NCBI RefSeq assembly: GCF_006345805.1
Contig: NC_042999.1
Span: forward strand, 147,932,001 to 147,996,000
Length of the DNA: 64,000 bases
DNA from: Octopus sinensis
Lineage: Eukaryota
Direction: 5' to 3'
The position numbers were made by a program, and so were the translations under genes. The notes beneath the pieces are model-generated. The model saw nothing but the letters and a program-made list of their open reading frames with translations, was not told where the DNA came from and did no database searches. This document shows, one piece after another, positions 13,785 through 28,515 of the stretch; position 1 is the first letter of the stretch; the number at the start of each line of letters is the position of its first letter.

Positions 13785-14830
13785 CGCTTCTAATCCATAT
13801 TATATGGGCTTTGTTGCAAGAAGCAATCATATCCGTTTCGTACACTCTTTTATTTGTTACACAGTAGTGCATATTGACTTGGATTTCTACCCAAACATTA
13901 CGAATTCAATCTTACGGAACTTAATCATATCACTGTTAAACTGCTATGTTATACGCTTTTGAACTCAACTTCTACTTATTAGTTTTACTGATCATTCTAA
14001 GCTGATGACTATAGAATGAATACTCGGCTCAATAGAAAATTCAGTGTTAAAATTAGTTTGTGGTATATTAGATCAGTAATCGCTTAATGGCAGAGGTAAA
14101 TGTAGCGACAACACAGATCGCATAGATTTGGACACTTGCAGCAGCGTGTTAAAGTCTAAAGCCCTAAAAATTGCAGTGATAACTTCCATGCTCATTTTAA
14201 TTATAAATATTCTTTTAAGTTTAAGAAGTAATATATAACATAGTCTTGTTTTCTTTGATAGAGATGAATCGCTTTCCATCAAAATATCAAATATAGCAAG
14301 TAATATTTTACGGCTATAGAATTTCATTTGACATTTCATTGCCGTCAACTTCAAAAGTTTTCGCATAGTAGTATTAACAAAAGCTGTTAATATTTCGTAA
14401 AGCAGCCATTTTTAAATGTTTCTCTTGGTACTTCGCTGACGTTAAATCAGCGTTTATGATTATGATAATATATTGGGAGATAAAGGAAATCATATACGTT
14501 CATTGTTGTTTGATATTTGCCTATATTTTTGATCTGACAAACCGATTTATATCGAGTAAATTTCTAGCTATCATGGGAAGTGGTCCATTGAATTTATCGG
14601 AACGCAACCAGCCCTTTCAGCAACACCCACATCACCGGAAGAATACTAACAACGACATTAACAACAACTTATTAGACAAGTTATTTCAAAGCGAGTGATT
14701 TGATAAAAGCAATATATTTTTTTATAGCTCCCAGAATAGTTATTAATTTGTACTGATATTTTGATATGAAGATAAAGAATAGGGTCCTATTGTATATCCT
14801 TGTATATTAGGCATACAGCACTAGGTACTA

Positions 14831-15325
<495 letters not shown>

Positions 15326-15945
15326 CGCCAGATGTATTATAACTGACAACTGAACGAATGATCTGTCAATGCTCTACGAGATTAATATGTACGCGATTAA
15401 CATTGTTTATCTATAAATATTACCATATTTTATTATATTAAGTAGCGATGTTTGTGTAATCTGATAATGTTTCCTATTCATAATAAGGCTGGCGTAAAAA
15501 TTGCTAAACATAAAACTGTTCAAATCATTTACTGTTATCCATACGTGTGACGTCACTAGGAAAATACTTTCTGATTGCGATATAAAGCAGTTAAATAATA
15601 AGAGGGGTTGATAATGGTACCTGGAAACCATAGTGCCTAAGGATCAATGACGCGGATTATATGCAAATACATTTGGGGGTTGTTTTATTGTCTTATTGTC
15701 TAATGATTACATTCAGAGGAATGCGGTTATGTTGGGACAACGTAATGGCGGAGGTTTCGTTGATTATTATCAACTCCAGTGATCTCCGACATTTATTATT
15801 GTAGGATCACAAGAGAAGATAGGGAAAAATTGATCTGGTTTTATAAAGGTCAATTCTTTGTATTGACTTTTACACCCAGGTCAGTGGATGTGGAATGCAG
15901 CGTAAGCTAATTTTGCCCGACTTAACTGTCCCTCCCACACTGATC

Positions 15946-16095
15946 TATATACATACATACATACATACATACATACATACATACATACATACATACATAC
16001 GTACGTACGTACATACATACATACATATATACATACATACATACGTACATACATACATACGTACATACATACATATATATATGTATATATGTGTA

Positions 16096-16155
<60 letters not shown>

Positions 16156-16230
16156 ATATATATGTATGTATATGTATATATGTATATAAACATATTTACC
16201 TATTTTTACATATATATCTACATATATTCA
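15946..16230. repeat. (TACA)n/(TA)n microsatellite
   Basis: Direct reading. Confidence 0.95.
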
Positions 16231-16274
16231 TAGACAAATAAATACATAAATAAGTATTTATATCTTTGATTTTT

Positions 16275-16425
16275 TTTTACTTGCTTCAGTTGACTACGGC
16301 CAAGCAGGAGCACCGACTTGGAGAATTTTTAGTACAATGTATCAACCCCAGTACTTAATTTTTAAGCCTAGTTCTTATTCTATCGATCTCTGTAGCCGAA
16401 TCGCTAAATTACGGTGCCGTAAATA
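16275..16425 (-). mobile_element. SINE fragment (family A-related 3' region)
   Basis: TTACTTGCTTCAGT...GGAGCACCG...ATCAACCCCAGTACTTAAT...CCGAATCGCTAAATTACG. Confidence 0.55.
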
Positions 16426-16461
16426 CATTACTTGTGGGAGTGGACGAACACAGACAGACAG

Positions 16462-16509
<48 letters not shown>

Positions 16510-16554
16510 GTGTGTGTGTGTTTATACAGACACACTTTTTTATTATATATATTT

Positions 16555-16985
16555 TTACAGAAAAACAAATGAGTAAGACAGGTGTACGAACAAGCAGGTG
16601 TAATAGTTTGACGCTAGGGAAAGTGAGAAAGTCTTTCAAGTTTCGAGCCTGCGCTCTTCAACAGAAAGGAATAAGAGAAAATAAACAGGGACAGAAAAAA
16701 ACTTGTGGATTTAGCGATCAAGCATGGCGACTGCTTGGGAAAAAATGTTTTCACAGGAGAGCTAGAAAGAATGGGAGATAATAAAGTATTGGGAATCCCA
16801 AAACGGAGGTGTTGGAGAGGAACGGGCACGTGCGGCAGTGTGGACGAGAGCAGCGGAACGAGCCAGGTTGGGAGGTGGAGTTAGGGAATAAATTGTGGAC
16901 CAGGAGGTCATGCAGGTTGTGGGCTCGTTGGAAGGAGGGAAAGGGTAGGTTGGGGAAGATGTGCGAAGTGGAGGGGTCAGTTGGT
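16555..16985 (-). mobile_element. Penelope-like element 3' fragment with pLTR-like tail and hammerhead-like motif (16632-16668)
   Basis: The minus strand translates DPSTSHIFPNLPFPSFQRAHNLHDLLVH...PGSFRCSRPHCRTCPFL, the PLE linker before GIY-YIG and the same family as 22000-22650. The tail carries CTGTTGAAGAGCGCAGGCTCGAAAC. Confidence 0.75.
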
Positions 16986-17149
16986 CACCGTCTGTGAGGA
17001 AAACTGCCAGGACACATTTTACTCTGCCAGGAATTTGGAAGCGATATGCTGCAATGCTTGGCATTTGCGGCGGAAGCTCCAATACGAACATTTCAGAGTG
17101 TTTGGGTCTCTATCTGAAGACTTGCCGTGTCCCCAAAATATATATAGAG

Positions 17150-17358
17150 TGATAAAAATCGAACATCCAGTCAACATCATAGCGTTTGGAGTGATCACAA
17201 GTGATGGTGACGTTATGCCTCCACTCATCGTCTCACGCAGCCTCAGACTCAACACATGCCTATATCAAGTGCCTGGAGGAGGCAGTGCTACCCTGGGCCA
17301 AGAGGATGGCTGCTGGAAGACCCTATGCCTGGCAACAGGACTCTGCACCATGTCACAC
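17150..17358 (+). pseudogene. Tc1/mariner-superfamily (maT/DD37D-like) transposase fragment
   Basis: HPVNIIAFGVITSDGDVMPP, then a frameshift, then YIKCLEEAVLPW..RMAAGRPYAWQQDSAPCH. Confidence 0.8.
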
Positions 17359-18101
17359 ACGCAAAGTTTGATGTTTTAAAGCAACTGATGTAGTGATGAA
17401 TGCTAATCAATAGAAAAAAGATTCTTCTGACAAGTGGTGCACCTGAGCACTGTATACAATAATTTCATTATTATTATTTAAGATGATTAATTCGTAAATA
17501 CATTTCAATGTTGTACTTGTTCAAACGATTGATGAAGGAGAGCTGATGTGATATATAGGTAAAATATTCGGAAACATTTCTTCCTACCGACGGTTCGCAA
17601 TAGGAATTATCATTACTGACTAAAAAACATTTTTTTTTTTAAATTTGATATTTTCATTGCTCTAATTCCTGATGTAAGGCTGCAAGTTTGAGTGGGGGAA
17701 AGGTGTTTCTGATGTGTTTATAAATTTATGGTAGATGTTAATGTATTTGAAATGCAGAACTATCATTCAAGAATAAACCAACCTCGTTTAGTGTTAGCTT
17801 CAACGGCGAATAAGCTAATGTTGTAGAAAGATATAATAGCTATTGGAATAACACGCTGTTAGTTTTGTTTGTGTGTGTGTGTGTGTTGTGTTCCTAATAG
17901 AAGTGCTTATTCAACGTAAACTAGCTGTGGAAGCAGCTGAGATTTTGGTGCAAACGTACTTAATTGAAATGCTATTTATGCTGACGATTTTGGAAATCCC
18001 GGCAATTATTATAACGGAAAACATTGAAGAAATTTTTCTTCTAATAATATTTATGTACATATATAAGTGCGTTTGTGTCCGTGTGCATGTTGCGTGTGTG
18101 C

Positions 18102-18151
<50 letters not shown>

Positions 18152-18726
18152 CCGTTTTTCGAGTTTATACGTGTGTATGTACAAGTGTTTATATGCGTGT
18201 CCGTGCGGGGGTGGGTGGAGGGTGCAAATACTAGGTGCCTGCAAGACTGAAGATGAAACACTGCATATTTCTGAATTCTGAATTATGCGAAATTTATGGT
18301 ATTGAAAGACAGTTATTTTGTAAGATTTGTAGTTATTCTACATGTTGCGTAACACTCCTAGGTGATATGTTTCCCTATCACTTTTCTATTAGAGAAACAG
18401 GATCAGGTATAAACAAATGCGTTATAGACAGAGGCTATATGAAAAGCCTTTACACTGTATGAGATTAAGCACTTACACGTCCTTATATATTATAGAAGTG
18501 ATTATCAGGCTTTTATGCAAACATACGTTAACAGACACACGTACATATACAGAGCGAGAGAAAGAAGGAGCGAAAGAAAGAAGGTGATAGAAAAAAGAAA
18601 GTTGGAAAGAAAATGTGCTAAGCAGCACGTGAGAATACGATAAACAGAAACACACATCTGCACAAAACAATAATACGTCTATTTGTATCTCGATATATGT
18701 ATATTTTACGTAATTATACATATGTG

Positions 18727-18794
<68 letters not shown>

Positions 18795-18846
18795 AATATT
18801 TCTAAGTCTCTCTATAGGAGACTACGGCAGCGGTACTGGGTACTAA

Positions 18847-18948
18847 TAGTTATCGCCAAGCTAACATGGCAGTCCAGCAAAATAGGACGAAAGCTGCCGT
18901 TGATTAGCTCAAAGAGGCCATCGCCTCTAGCTAGCTTAGCGATAACTA
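18847..18948. mobile_element. Small inverted-repeat element abutting (TA)n
   Basis: 17-bp inverted repeats TAGTTATCGCCAAGCTA / TAGCTTAGCGATAACTA (1 mismatch). Confidence 0.55.
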
Positions 18949-19054
18949 TATATATATATATATATATATGTAGGTCCCGGGTTGAGTCGGGGTTAACCAC
19001 AGTAAATAAGGTACTCAATACATGGCAGAGTAAATTAATTTATTTTATAGAAGG

Positions 19055-19105
19055 AGCTTCTACAGGACTAGAACTGTTTCATTCAAATGAAATCATCAGG
19101 AAGCT
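19055..19105 (-). ncRNA. Type-I hammerhead ribozyme motif with intact catalytic core
   Basis: Minus strand reads AGCUUC-CUGAUGA-UUUC(AUUU)GAAU-GAAA-CAG(UUCUAGUC)CUG-UA^-GAAGCU. This gives a 6-bp stem I, a short stem II, a 4-bp stem III and a GUA cleavage triplet. Confidence 0.85.
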
Positions 19106-19299
19106 TGGCGTCAAGAATAGTTTTGGCATTTATACATTTAGGCAGATTTGATGAGGTGGGGGTGGGGGACTTTTTTGGGGGTAGGCAGGGCACAAACTGT
19201 CTTTCTTAGGGGAGTGGTCAAAAGAATCAGTGATAAAGTGGATAAATGGATAAATAGAATAATAGAATAGAGTTTTAGGTAAATAGGAAGACTATTGCT

Positions 19300-19312
19300 T
19301 ATATATACATAT

Positions 19313-19360
<48 letters not shown>

Positions 19361-19549
19361 ACACATACATACACATATGTATACACATATACACATGTAT
19401 ACACATACACACACACATACACATACTCATACACACACACTTATATACATACGCACATATATATATCTACACATATACATATATAAAAAAGGAATATACA
19501 CACCCATACACACACACACATACATATACACATGCATATATACACACAT

Positions 19550-19595
<46 letters not shown>

Positions 19596-20044
19596 GCATA
19601 CATGCACATATATACACACATTTTTTCTCCCTTATTTTATTTTTATTTTTATTTTTATTTTTATTTTTATTTTTATTTTGACCTCTTCAGAGGTCAAAAT
19701 AAAAATATATATATATATACACATATATATACATATATATATATACATATATATATAATATATACATATATATATATGTATATATATACATATATATATG
19801 TGTGTGTGAGTATATATAGGTATATATATATGTGTATATATATATGTATATATATATGTATAACTATATATATATGTGTGTGTGTGTGTGCGTGTGTTTG
19901 TATTAACATTAACAAACATCATGCTCTACTACGACTACTACTACTACTACTGTTGATGCTGCTGCTACTACACCTGAGAAGAAGAAGAAGAAGAAGAAGA
20001 AGAAGAAAAGAAGAAGATGATGATGATGATGATGATGATGATGA

Positions 20045-20092
<48 letters not shown>

Positions 20093-20497
20093 AAAGAAGA
20101 AGAATGAGAAGAAGAAGAAGAAGAAGAAGAAGAAGAAGAAGAGAAGAATGGGAAGAAGAAGAATGAGAAGAAGAAGAATGAGAAAAAGAAGCAGAAGAAG
20201 AAGAAGAAGAAGAAGAAGAATGGGAAGAAGAAGCAGAAGAAGAAGAAGAAGAAGAAGAAGAAGAAGAATGAGAAGAAGAAGAAGAAGAAGAAGAAGAAGA
20301 AGAAAGCTACTGCCACAGCTGATGATGCTGAAGCGTCTGCTGGTGCCACTTCTACTGCCGCTGTTTCTCTTTTCATCTCATTCGGTTTCCGCTGGCATCT
20401 TTCTTTCTGTAAGACGAGCAAAATGTCTTTCCCTTCGTATTTACAAGAGAGAGAAAAAGACAGAGATAGATAGAGAGAGGAGAGAGAGAGAGAGGAG

Positions 20498-20534
<37 letters not shown>

Positions 20535-20545
20535 GGACAGATATT
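19300..20545. repeat. Large compound microsatellite: (TA/CA)n, (TTTTTA)n, (CTA)n, (AGA)n, (ATG)n, (GA)n
   Basis: Direct reading. It explains the 401-aa and 239-aa low-complexity ORFs. Confidence 0.95.
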
Positions 20546-21926
20546 TGAAGTCGACTGTCCGGCAAAGACAAAGACAAAGTGACAGAGATAGAAATGGACA
20601 GTTTGTAATATAAGTATGTGAAGACCAATAAGCGTTTTTGTCACATCTGTGAAATGTAACAAATTAGCTAGTTGGCCAGTTTATAACAATTATAATAAGT
20701 AGAATCTCTATTTTCCTGTTGACTTGATATGTCGCAGATCAAACAAGCTCGGACAGTATTCAGTTTCGTTGCATCAAACAGTCACTCTAACAGATAATAT
20801 GTTTGCTTGAGTAAGTCAGTGAGAAATAACATCCATAAAGAGAAGTGATAATAGGTCAGTGATATTTGACACTTGAAACTTCATAGTATAACTTGAATAA
20901 CATGAAGAAAGATAGTGAACAATCTTAAAAGAATAGGAAAATATAAGATTGACCAGCTATTCTTAAAAGCTTTTGTTTCTTGTCTAATGGAACGCAATTG
21001 TTTTATTTTATTCTTAGTATTTTTTCTTGTTTCGCTTTTGTCATAAGGTCATTCGTAAATATGGTGACAGAGAGTTAATTTAGCTGGCCTCACTTTATTA
21101 TCTGCGTTATTTTATAAACTCTACCAGAGGAATAATGGGTGACGTCGGAAATCTTGAGATTGAACTCTTAAAATGTTTAGCTTGCTAAAAGCCCCAACTA
21201 AATTTTCGTCACATCTCTTTCTAATGCTTTTACAATTAGTGACACATTTAGAGAATGTGGTCATACTTACATTACATCTTAATAAAGAGCAGCAAAGTCA
21301 CAGCTACTAAATTGCACCAAACTTTCGTTTGATGTCTATGTGTGTCTATATGCGTGCGTTCAGCCCTAAAACAGTCCTGAATATAGAAATGACATTTCCA
21401 ACCACGACCATCACGGGTTGTATTAGGATTACTGCCCGAGTGTCCAAGTAAAGATCCCAAGTTCGCGCATGAACCCGGTGCGTGCATGTTTGTACCCTTT
21501 GTACGCTTTGTTCCGCGAAATGTACCCTCACATTCTTTTACTTGTTTTTGTATGACATACTTCGTATTTCATGCTCGGCAAATGATGACCAAACTCTTAT
21601 TGTAACACCGATATATACACATATCTACCTATATGCATACAAATATCTTTCCCGTATTATTAGGTGTCTTGTTCATTTTATATGTGTTTATATCATATCA
21701 ATTGAAACATTATTTCTATTTTACGCATCATAAAGCTTTAAATATCACATACATGCTGGCAAATATCTTTTTCACTATAATTGATTCACTTGCACACATT
21801 CAAGATAGAACTATTTGAAATAAATAGATATATGGAAGTTCATAAAAATTTTTATTAGTTCATTTATCTCTAAGAGTGCAACCTCTTACTTTCCACTAAT
21901 TACCTTCTCCTAATTACTACGACCGT

Positions 21927-22660
21927 GAAAGCGCGTGGCTCAGTGGTTAGGGTGTCAGCATCATGATCGTTTTGAGACTCAGTCTCAACTCATGACTCGC
22001 CACATCATTCTATGTGGATATCTCCTCACCATTATCTACATTGTCCTTACTCGGGCTCGATGTATGGATCGTGACGTTGCCCTTTCCCTCGCGCACACCC
22101 CACTCTTACCCGTCTCCAGTTTCCCCTTAACTACCACCCCTCCAACGCACCATTCTCCATTCTCCAGCGAATCCAGTCCAATCCCTCCACCTCACACACC
22201 TTCCCTAACCTTCCCATTTACCCCATTCAAAGGTGCCTATAACCTGCATGATCTCCTGGTTCACAGTTTCTCCCCTACACTTTCCTCTCAGCCTGACTCA
22301 TTCCCCCTATTCCCACCCACGCTGTTGCACCTTCCCTTACCTCTCCAATACCACCATCCTAAATGGCACCCATCGCCGACACCTTTACCTGCAACTCTAG
22401 TTATGCTATTTACTGCATCTCCTGCTCTCTATGTTCTTCCCTGTACATTGGTCAAACGGAACAGCGCTGGGTTGATCGGTTCGCGAAGCATCTCCGAGAC
22501 ATCAGATTCGGCAATGACACCCGGATCTTCCTCCACTTCCACTCTACCGGGTTTTTGCTACAACATCTATCTGTGTTCGGACTGTTTCTGCACACGGGCT
22601 ACCTGGACTCCAGCCTCGCCATGAACAGGAATTAATCTTCTCTCTTCGGTCCTCTGTGCC
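21927..22660 (+). mobile_element. Penelope-like element 3' fragment (GIY-YIG endonuclease) preceded by a short tRNA-SINE head remnant
   Basis: FTCNSSYAIYCISCSLCSSLYIGQTEQRWVDRFAKHLRDIR...LSVFGL, with NLHDLLVHS upstream. GCGTGGCTCAGTGGTTAG (A box) lies at about 21932. Confidence 0.85.
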
Positions 22661-23616
22661 ATATGTACTCAACTCATTACTTCTCTATATCTGACACAGA
22701 CCCCACATGGATTCCCATACACTTCCTACATCCAACTCCCCCAACCTACACACATGCATATCGCCTACTTCGGTACCCTCACCACACACACACACGCACA
22801 CCAGTATACAAACACCCACACACACTGTTTAACTCAGTACACACACTATCATACACACTTTAACATCCACACAAGCACTTAATACCTGAACGCAGACAAT
22901 ATATACACACACAATCAACACACATATACAAAGATAACTTTCGCCCACAAGCATACACTATACACATGCACATTATTTAGTGACAGACACACACACACAC
23001 AGATACACATGTGCACACACCAGTTGAACAAGCACACATCGACTGCTATCATACAACATACATACACACACTCACATACGTTAGACTCACTTGCCCACAT
23101 TCACTCACACACACAGGCGTTAGACTTACTCGTCCCCATTCGCGCATACACACTCTCACACACAATTCACCCATACACACACACGCTTGCGTACCTTACT
23201 GTTTTGTTCCATTTATATTTTGTGTTTTGTAAACTTTCCTATGTTGATTTCGCACGTGTCTTTCGCACATGTTTCACTGAGACATCGTGCACGGGAAACT
23301 GTGCTCTGTATAGCAGTAACATTTTTGTTATTATTTATATTAAAAGCCGCTTTTGTTATTATTTATATTAAAAGCCACTTCCTTTAAGTTTTCCACAGAT
23401 CCCTTTATCTCATTCTACTTATGTTATTAGATTAGATCTGTTTTGAATGGAGCGCTCGGTGTAGCACACCCATGTTGTTATTATTATCTTCCTTTCATTC
23501 AACCTCTTTTTTCTAGTCATCACGCCATGTTGCACCTTTGAACTCTGCATTTCCTTCCTTCCTCCGCTTTTTCATTCTCACTTCATTTTTTCCTCTAATC
23601 CTTTCTATCGATGAGC

Positions 23617-23690
<74 letters not shown>

Positions 23691-23706
23691 ATAAAGAGAG
23701 AGAGAG

Positions 23707-23883
23707 AGAGTTCACAAAAGTGACAAAAGGTACTGACTAGCACCGCTTTTGCTAAAGATATGAGTTAAACTAACTCAAAGTCGCAAACGCACTGTCTTAA
23801 GTGGCTGATAAAGGGGACTTACCTCCCTTTGCCAGGCACAAAATCAGAGCTAATCAGTAAGGTTTGTCACTTTTGTGACCTCT
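23707..23883. mobile_element. Small element with about 35-bp terminal inverted repeats next to (GA)n
   Basis: AGAGTTCACAAAAGTGACAAAAGGTACTGACTAGC versus GCTAATCAGTAAGGTTTGTCACTTTTGTGACCTCT. Confidence 0.7.
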
Positions 23884-23961
23884 GAACATTGCCTTTAGGT
23901 TTTAATTGTTAATAAGCCACCCTTTTAATTTATTATACACACACACACACACACACACACA

Positions 23962-24002
<41 letters not shown>

Positions 24003-24005
<3 letters not shown>

Positions 24006-24164
24006 TATTCATAAGCAAGAATGTATGTAGTCGTCATAACTGACTTCGAATTTTCGAACAGTTAATACATCGTCATAATGTCAGCTAAGTCATCATCGGA
24101 TGATGGCTTAGCTGGCCAAAATTTTCGAGGTCACTGTGAACAACATTCTTGGTTAAGAATAATA
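24003..24164. mobile_element. Fold-back element next to (TA)n with degenerate hammerhead at the turn
   Basis: Outer arms TATTATTCATAAGCAAGAATGT / ACATTCTTGGTTAAGAATAATA and a central palindrome CAGCTAAGTCATCATC-G-GATGATGGCTTAGCTG. Confidence 0.65.
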
Positions 24165-25019
24165 CATTTGTACTACTCTAAGGACGTATAGAACCACCCG
24201 TACTCTACAAAAACTATGAGTTAGAGTAATGTAAATGAAAAACCAAAGGGATAAGTAATATAAATTTTAGGAGTCGAATTTACAATTGAAGGATAAGGGT
24301 GGTAGTAAAATATAACTTAGGAAATTCATGATATTAAAGTGAGAAAATTTAAATCAATTTATAGAAGATGGATAGAATTTAAATTTAAAACAATAATGGA
24401 ATGCTTTACTATGTACGAAAAATATTAAGACTTTTCCGAAATAAAGTGTGTAGAAGATCATAATAAAAACATTCTTCAATGAATGTATAACGGCATTAAA
24501 TAATCATATGAATAAAAATTCATAGTACATTTTAAACTAATATCAGAACTATTCTCTTCATTACGGATGGATAAATATAAGATTTCCTAAATAATGGTAT
24601 CCAATATATGGGGTAATTGAATTAGAGGTATACTAAATGTATAACGGAGTGCATTCAGATACAATACATAAAACAATTTGGGCATGTAAACGCTTAAGGA
24701 ATATGTTGCATGATTAGTAGTCACTTGAAACGGCGGTAATGAATTGACACATCTATATCTTTTCTGGTCATTTTTATTACATTCACCTACGTTGGAATCT
24801 GCACTTCGGAAATACAATAGAAAGTACCTTTATAAAAAGTACTTGTCTGGATTACCAAGAGCGGATATCTTAACTTTGCTGGGTTGCGTTTTCTGCACAC
24901 GCAGCAGGAATATCAGTTACAAACACTACTGTATGCGTCTTCATATTCAATACTCAATTAATACTGTTTGGGTATCCTGATTATACCGACCTAGCATGTA
25001 TATAGATATGATTATAATT

Positions 25020-26425
<1,406 letters not shown>

Positions 26426-27116
26426 GTTTAAAATATGAAAAAACTCTTTAGTAGCGCAAAGCATAAAGACAATTTAGGAATTTTTCGAAGTCAACATATA
26501 CTAACAGCTGGCAAAGCTAATTACCATAAGTTGATGGTGATTTTTTTTTATTGCAATAGTCTCACATTGCTGAAAAACTCAACAAATCCATAACTATTAA
26601 CAAATCACTTGAATGAAATCAATTTTGATTAGCAAACATTAACCTCGGCGCCATCTTGCTTTCATTAACGTCACTTCTTGCTTTTCGTTTCATTTAAAGA
26701 TTTTTTTTCATTCTTAATTTCAACGTCCATATATTTCTGTGTCTGGGAAAGAGGAACTTCTTCCCCCACCTCTGTGTCTCTCATTCTCTCTATCTCAACA
26801 TTTTGCCTCGAGTTACATGCAATTTGCTTCAATTGTACATTAGTGTTTTGATAAAATAAATCGCTAATTTGGTAGCTAGTAAAATCAAGCTAAGTCATCG
26901 TCACATTTCTACTGGACTAATCAGCAAGTAATTTAAAACAAACAGAAATAGCAAGCTTTCAGTAGTTCTTTTGCACCCATGATATGTCAGGTGTCAAGAA
27001 TCTTTTAGCATTTATAGAATAGGTATATCGTTGCTCAATGTATAGGAGAGAACAAATCTATCACTTTTCCTTGACTAACTCAATGATATTTTTCAAAATA
27101 CAGAAGTACATTTTCC

Positions 27117-27174
<58 letters not shown>

Positions 27175-27208
27175 CTCTGTCGCACTCTGCTGCGTCTACT
27201 CATATATG

Positions 27209-27268
<60 letters not shown>

Positions 27269-27818
27269 TTGTATATATATATGATATATATGTATATATA
27301 TATGTATATATATATATATATATGTATGTATGTACATATATATATATATATTATATATATATGTGTGTGTGTGTGTGTGTATGTATATATATATATATAT
27401 GCAACTTATAAACAAGGGCAAAGGAAATTATTTCTATGCCAATTTGCTGATAACAGACTTTTAAATCGTCAATTTCCACATATTATTATATACCCACTAC
27501 AGAAATACGTTGTGCTGAAGTCGAGGAAAGCTAGCCAACAGATTTTTTTTTAAAGTTCGTTATTTCCATATTGAATCAATTTAGGAATTAATCTTATAAT
27601 AGATTTTTTCCTCTTCAGTAGAAAATATGAATAGAAATAAATGAAATACTTACATGCGCCCATGGAAAAAGAAAACCGAAGCAAAAATCATGAGTACACA
27701 TAAGTACCCCAGATATATCTAAATATAAAATCCTTTGGTTAGCCTCAGCACACGTGTGAACTGTTCTCCACTACAGCTTATAGTTGTTACCAGTTCCTAT
27801 AGCGAATAGTAATAAATC

Positions 27819-27876
27819 TACTACTAATATAGGATGAAGTTTTTTTACAGAAAAAATTCATCCTATATTAGTAGTA
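27819..27876. repeat. Perfect 20-bp-arm hairpin adjoining (TA)n
   Basis: TACTACTAATATAGGATGAA...TTCATCCTATATTAGTAGTA. Confidence 0.85.
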
Positions 27877-27896
27877 TATATATATATATATTTGTA

Positions 27897-27929
<33 letters not shown>

Positions 27930-27934
<5 letters not shown>

Positions 27935-28304
27935 ATAATATTAGGGAATATATCCAAATTTACATGGAAAAAAATCAGATTTAGGATTAAATCCATTTTA
28001 TAGTAAAATATTATAAAATATTTTTGAGACAAAACCACTATTTTGCAAAAAAAACAAGGAAAGACTTAATCAATACATAAAATTAATAATATTCAAAAAA
28101 CCGCACTACAATCGTTTCTTGTCTTGATCGACAATCTCAGGTGGACTTCCAATAATTCAGTTTTGTACTGATTATTGAAGTCCACCGAAGATTGTCGATC
28201 AAGACAAGAAACGATTGTAGTGGCGGTTTTTTTGACTATTATAAATTTTATGTATTGATTAAGTCTTTCCTTGTGTGCAAATATTGTTTTTTTCAATAAT
28301 ATTT

Positions 28305-28308
<4 letters not shown>
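27930..28308. mobile_element. TA-embedded fold-back element (PLE pLTR-like) with a hammerhead motif in each arm
   Basis: Inverted arms of about 145 bp around a 7-nt loop (28161-28167). The consensus of both arms is CCAC-CUGAAGA-UUGUC(GAUCAA)GACAA-GAAA-C(GAUU)G-UA^-GUGG. Confidence 0.8.
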
Positions 28309-28335
<27 letters not shown>

Positions 28336-28336
28336 G

Positions 28337-28415
<79 letters not shown>

Positions 28416-28431
28416 ATGTATATGTATTTAT

Positions 28432-28467
<36 letters not shown>

Positions 28468-28477
28468 GTATATATAT

Positions 28478-28515
<38 letters not shown>

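Noticed and set aside
14073-14410. 97-aa ORF or possible transposase N-terminus
   Set aside because: No motif could be matched convincingly in any frame.
19377-20582. 401-aa ORF and the many YI/HT/CV/LS-repeat ORFs throughout the track
   Set aside because: They are translations of microsatellites that lack stop codons and have no domain content.
21265-21490. Possible minus-strand exon ending at a GTAAGT donor
   Set aside because: No recognisable protein similarity, and no partner exon or clear acceptor.
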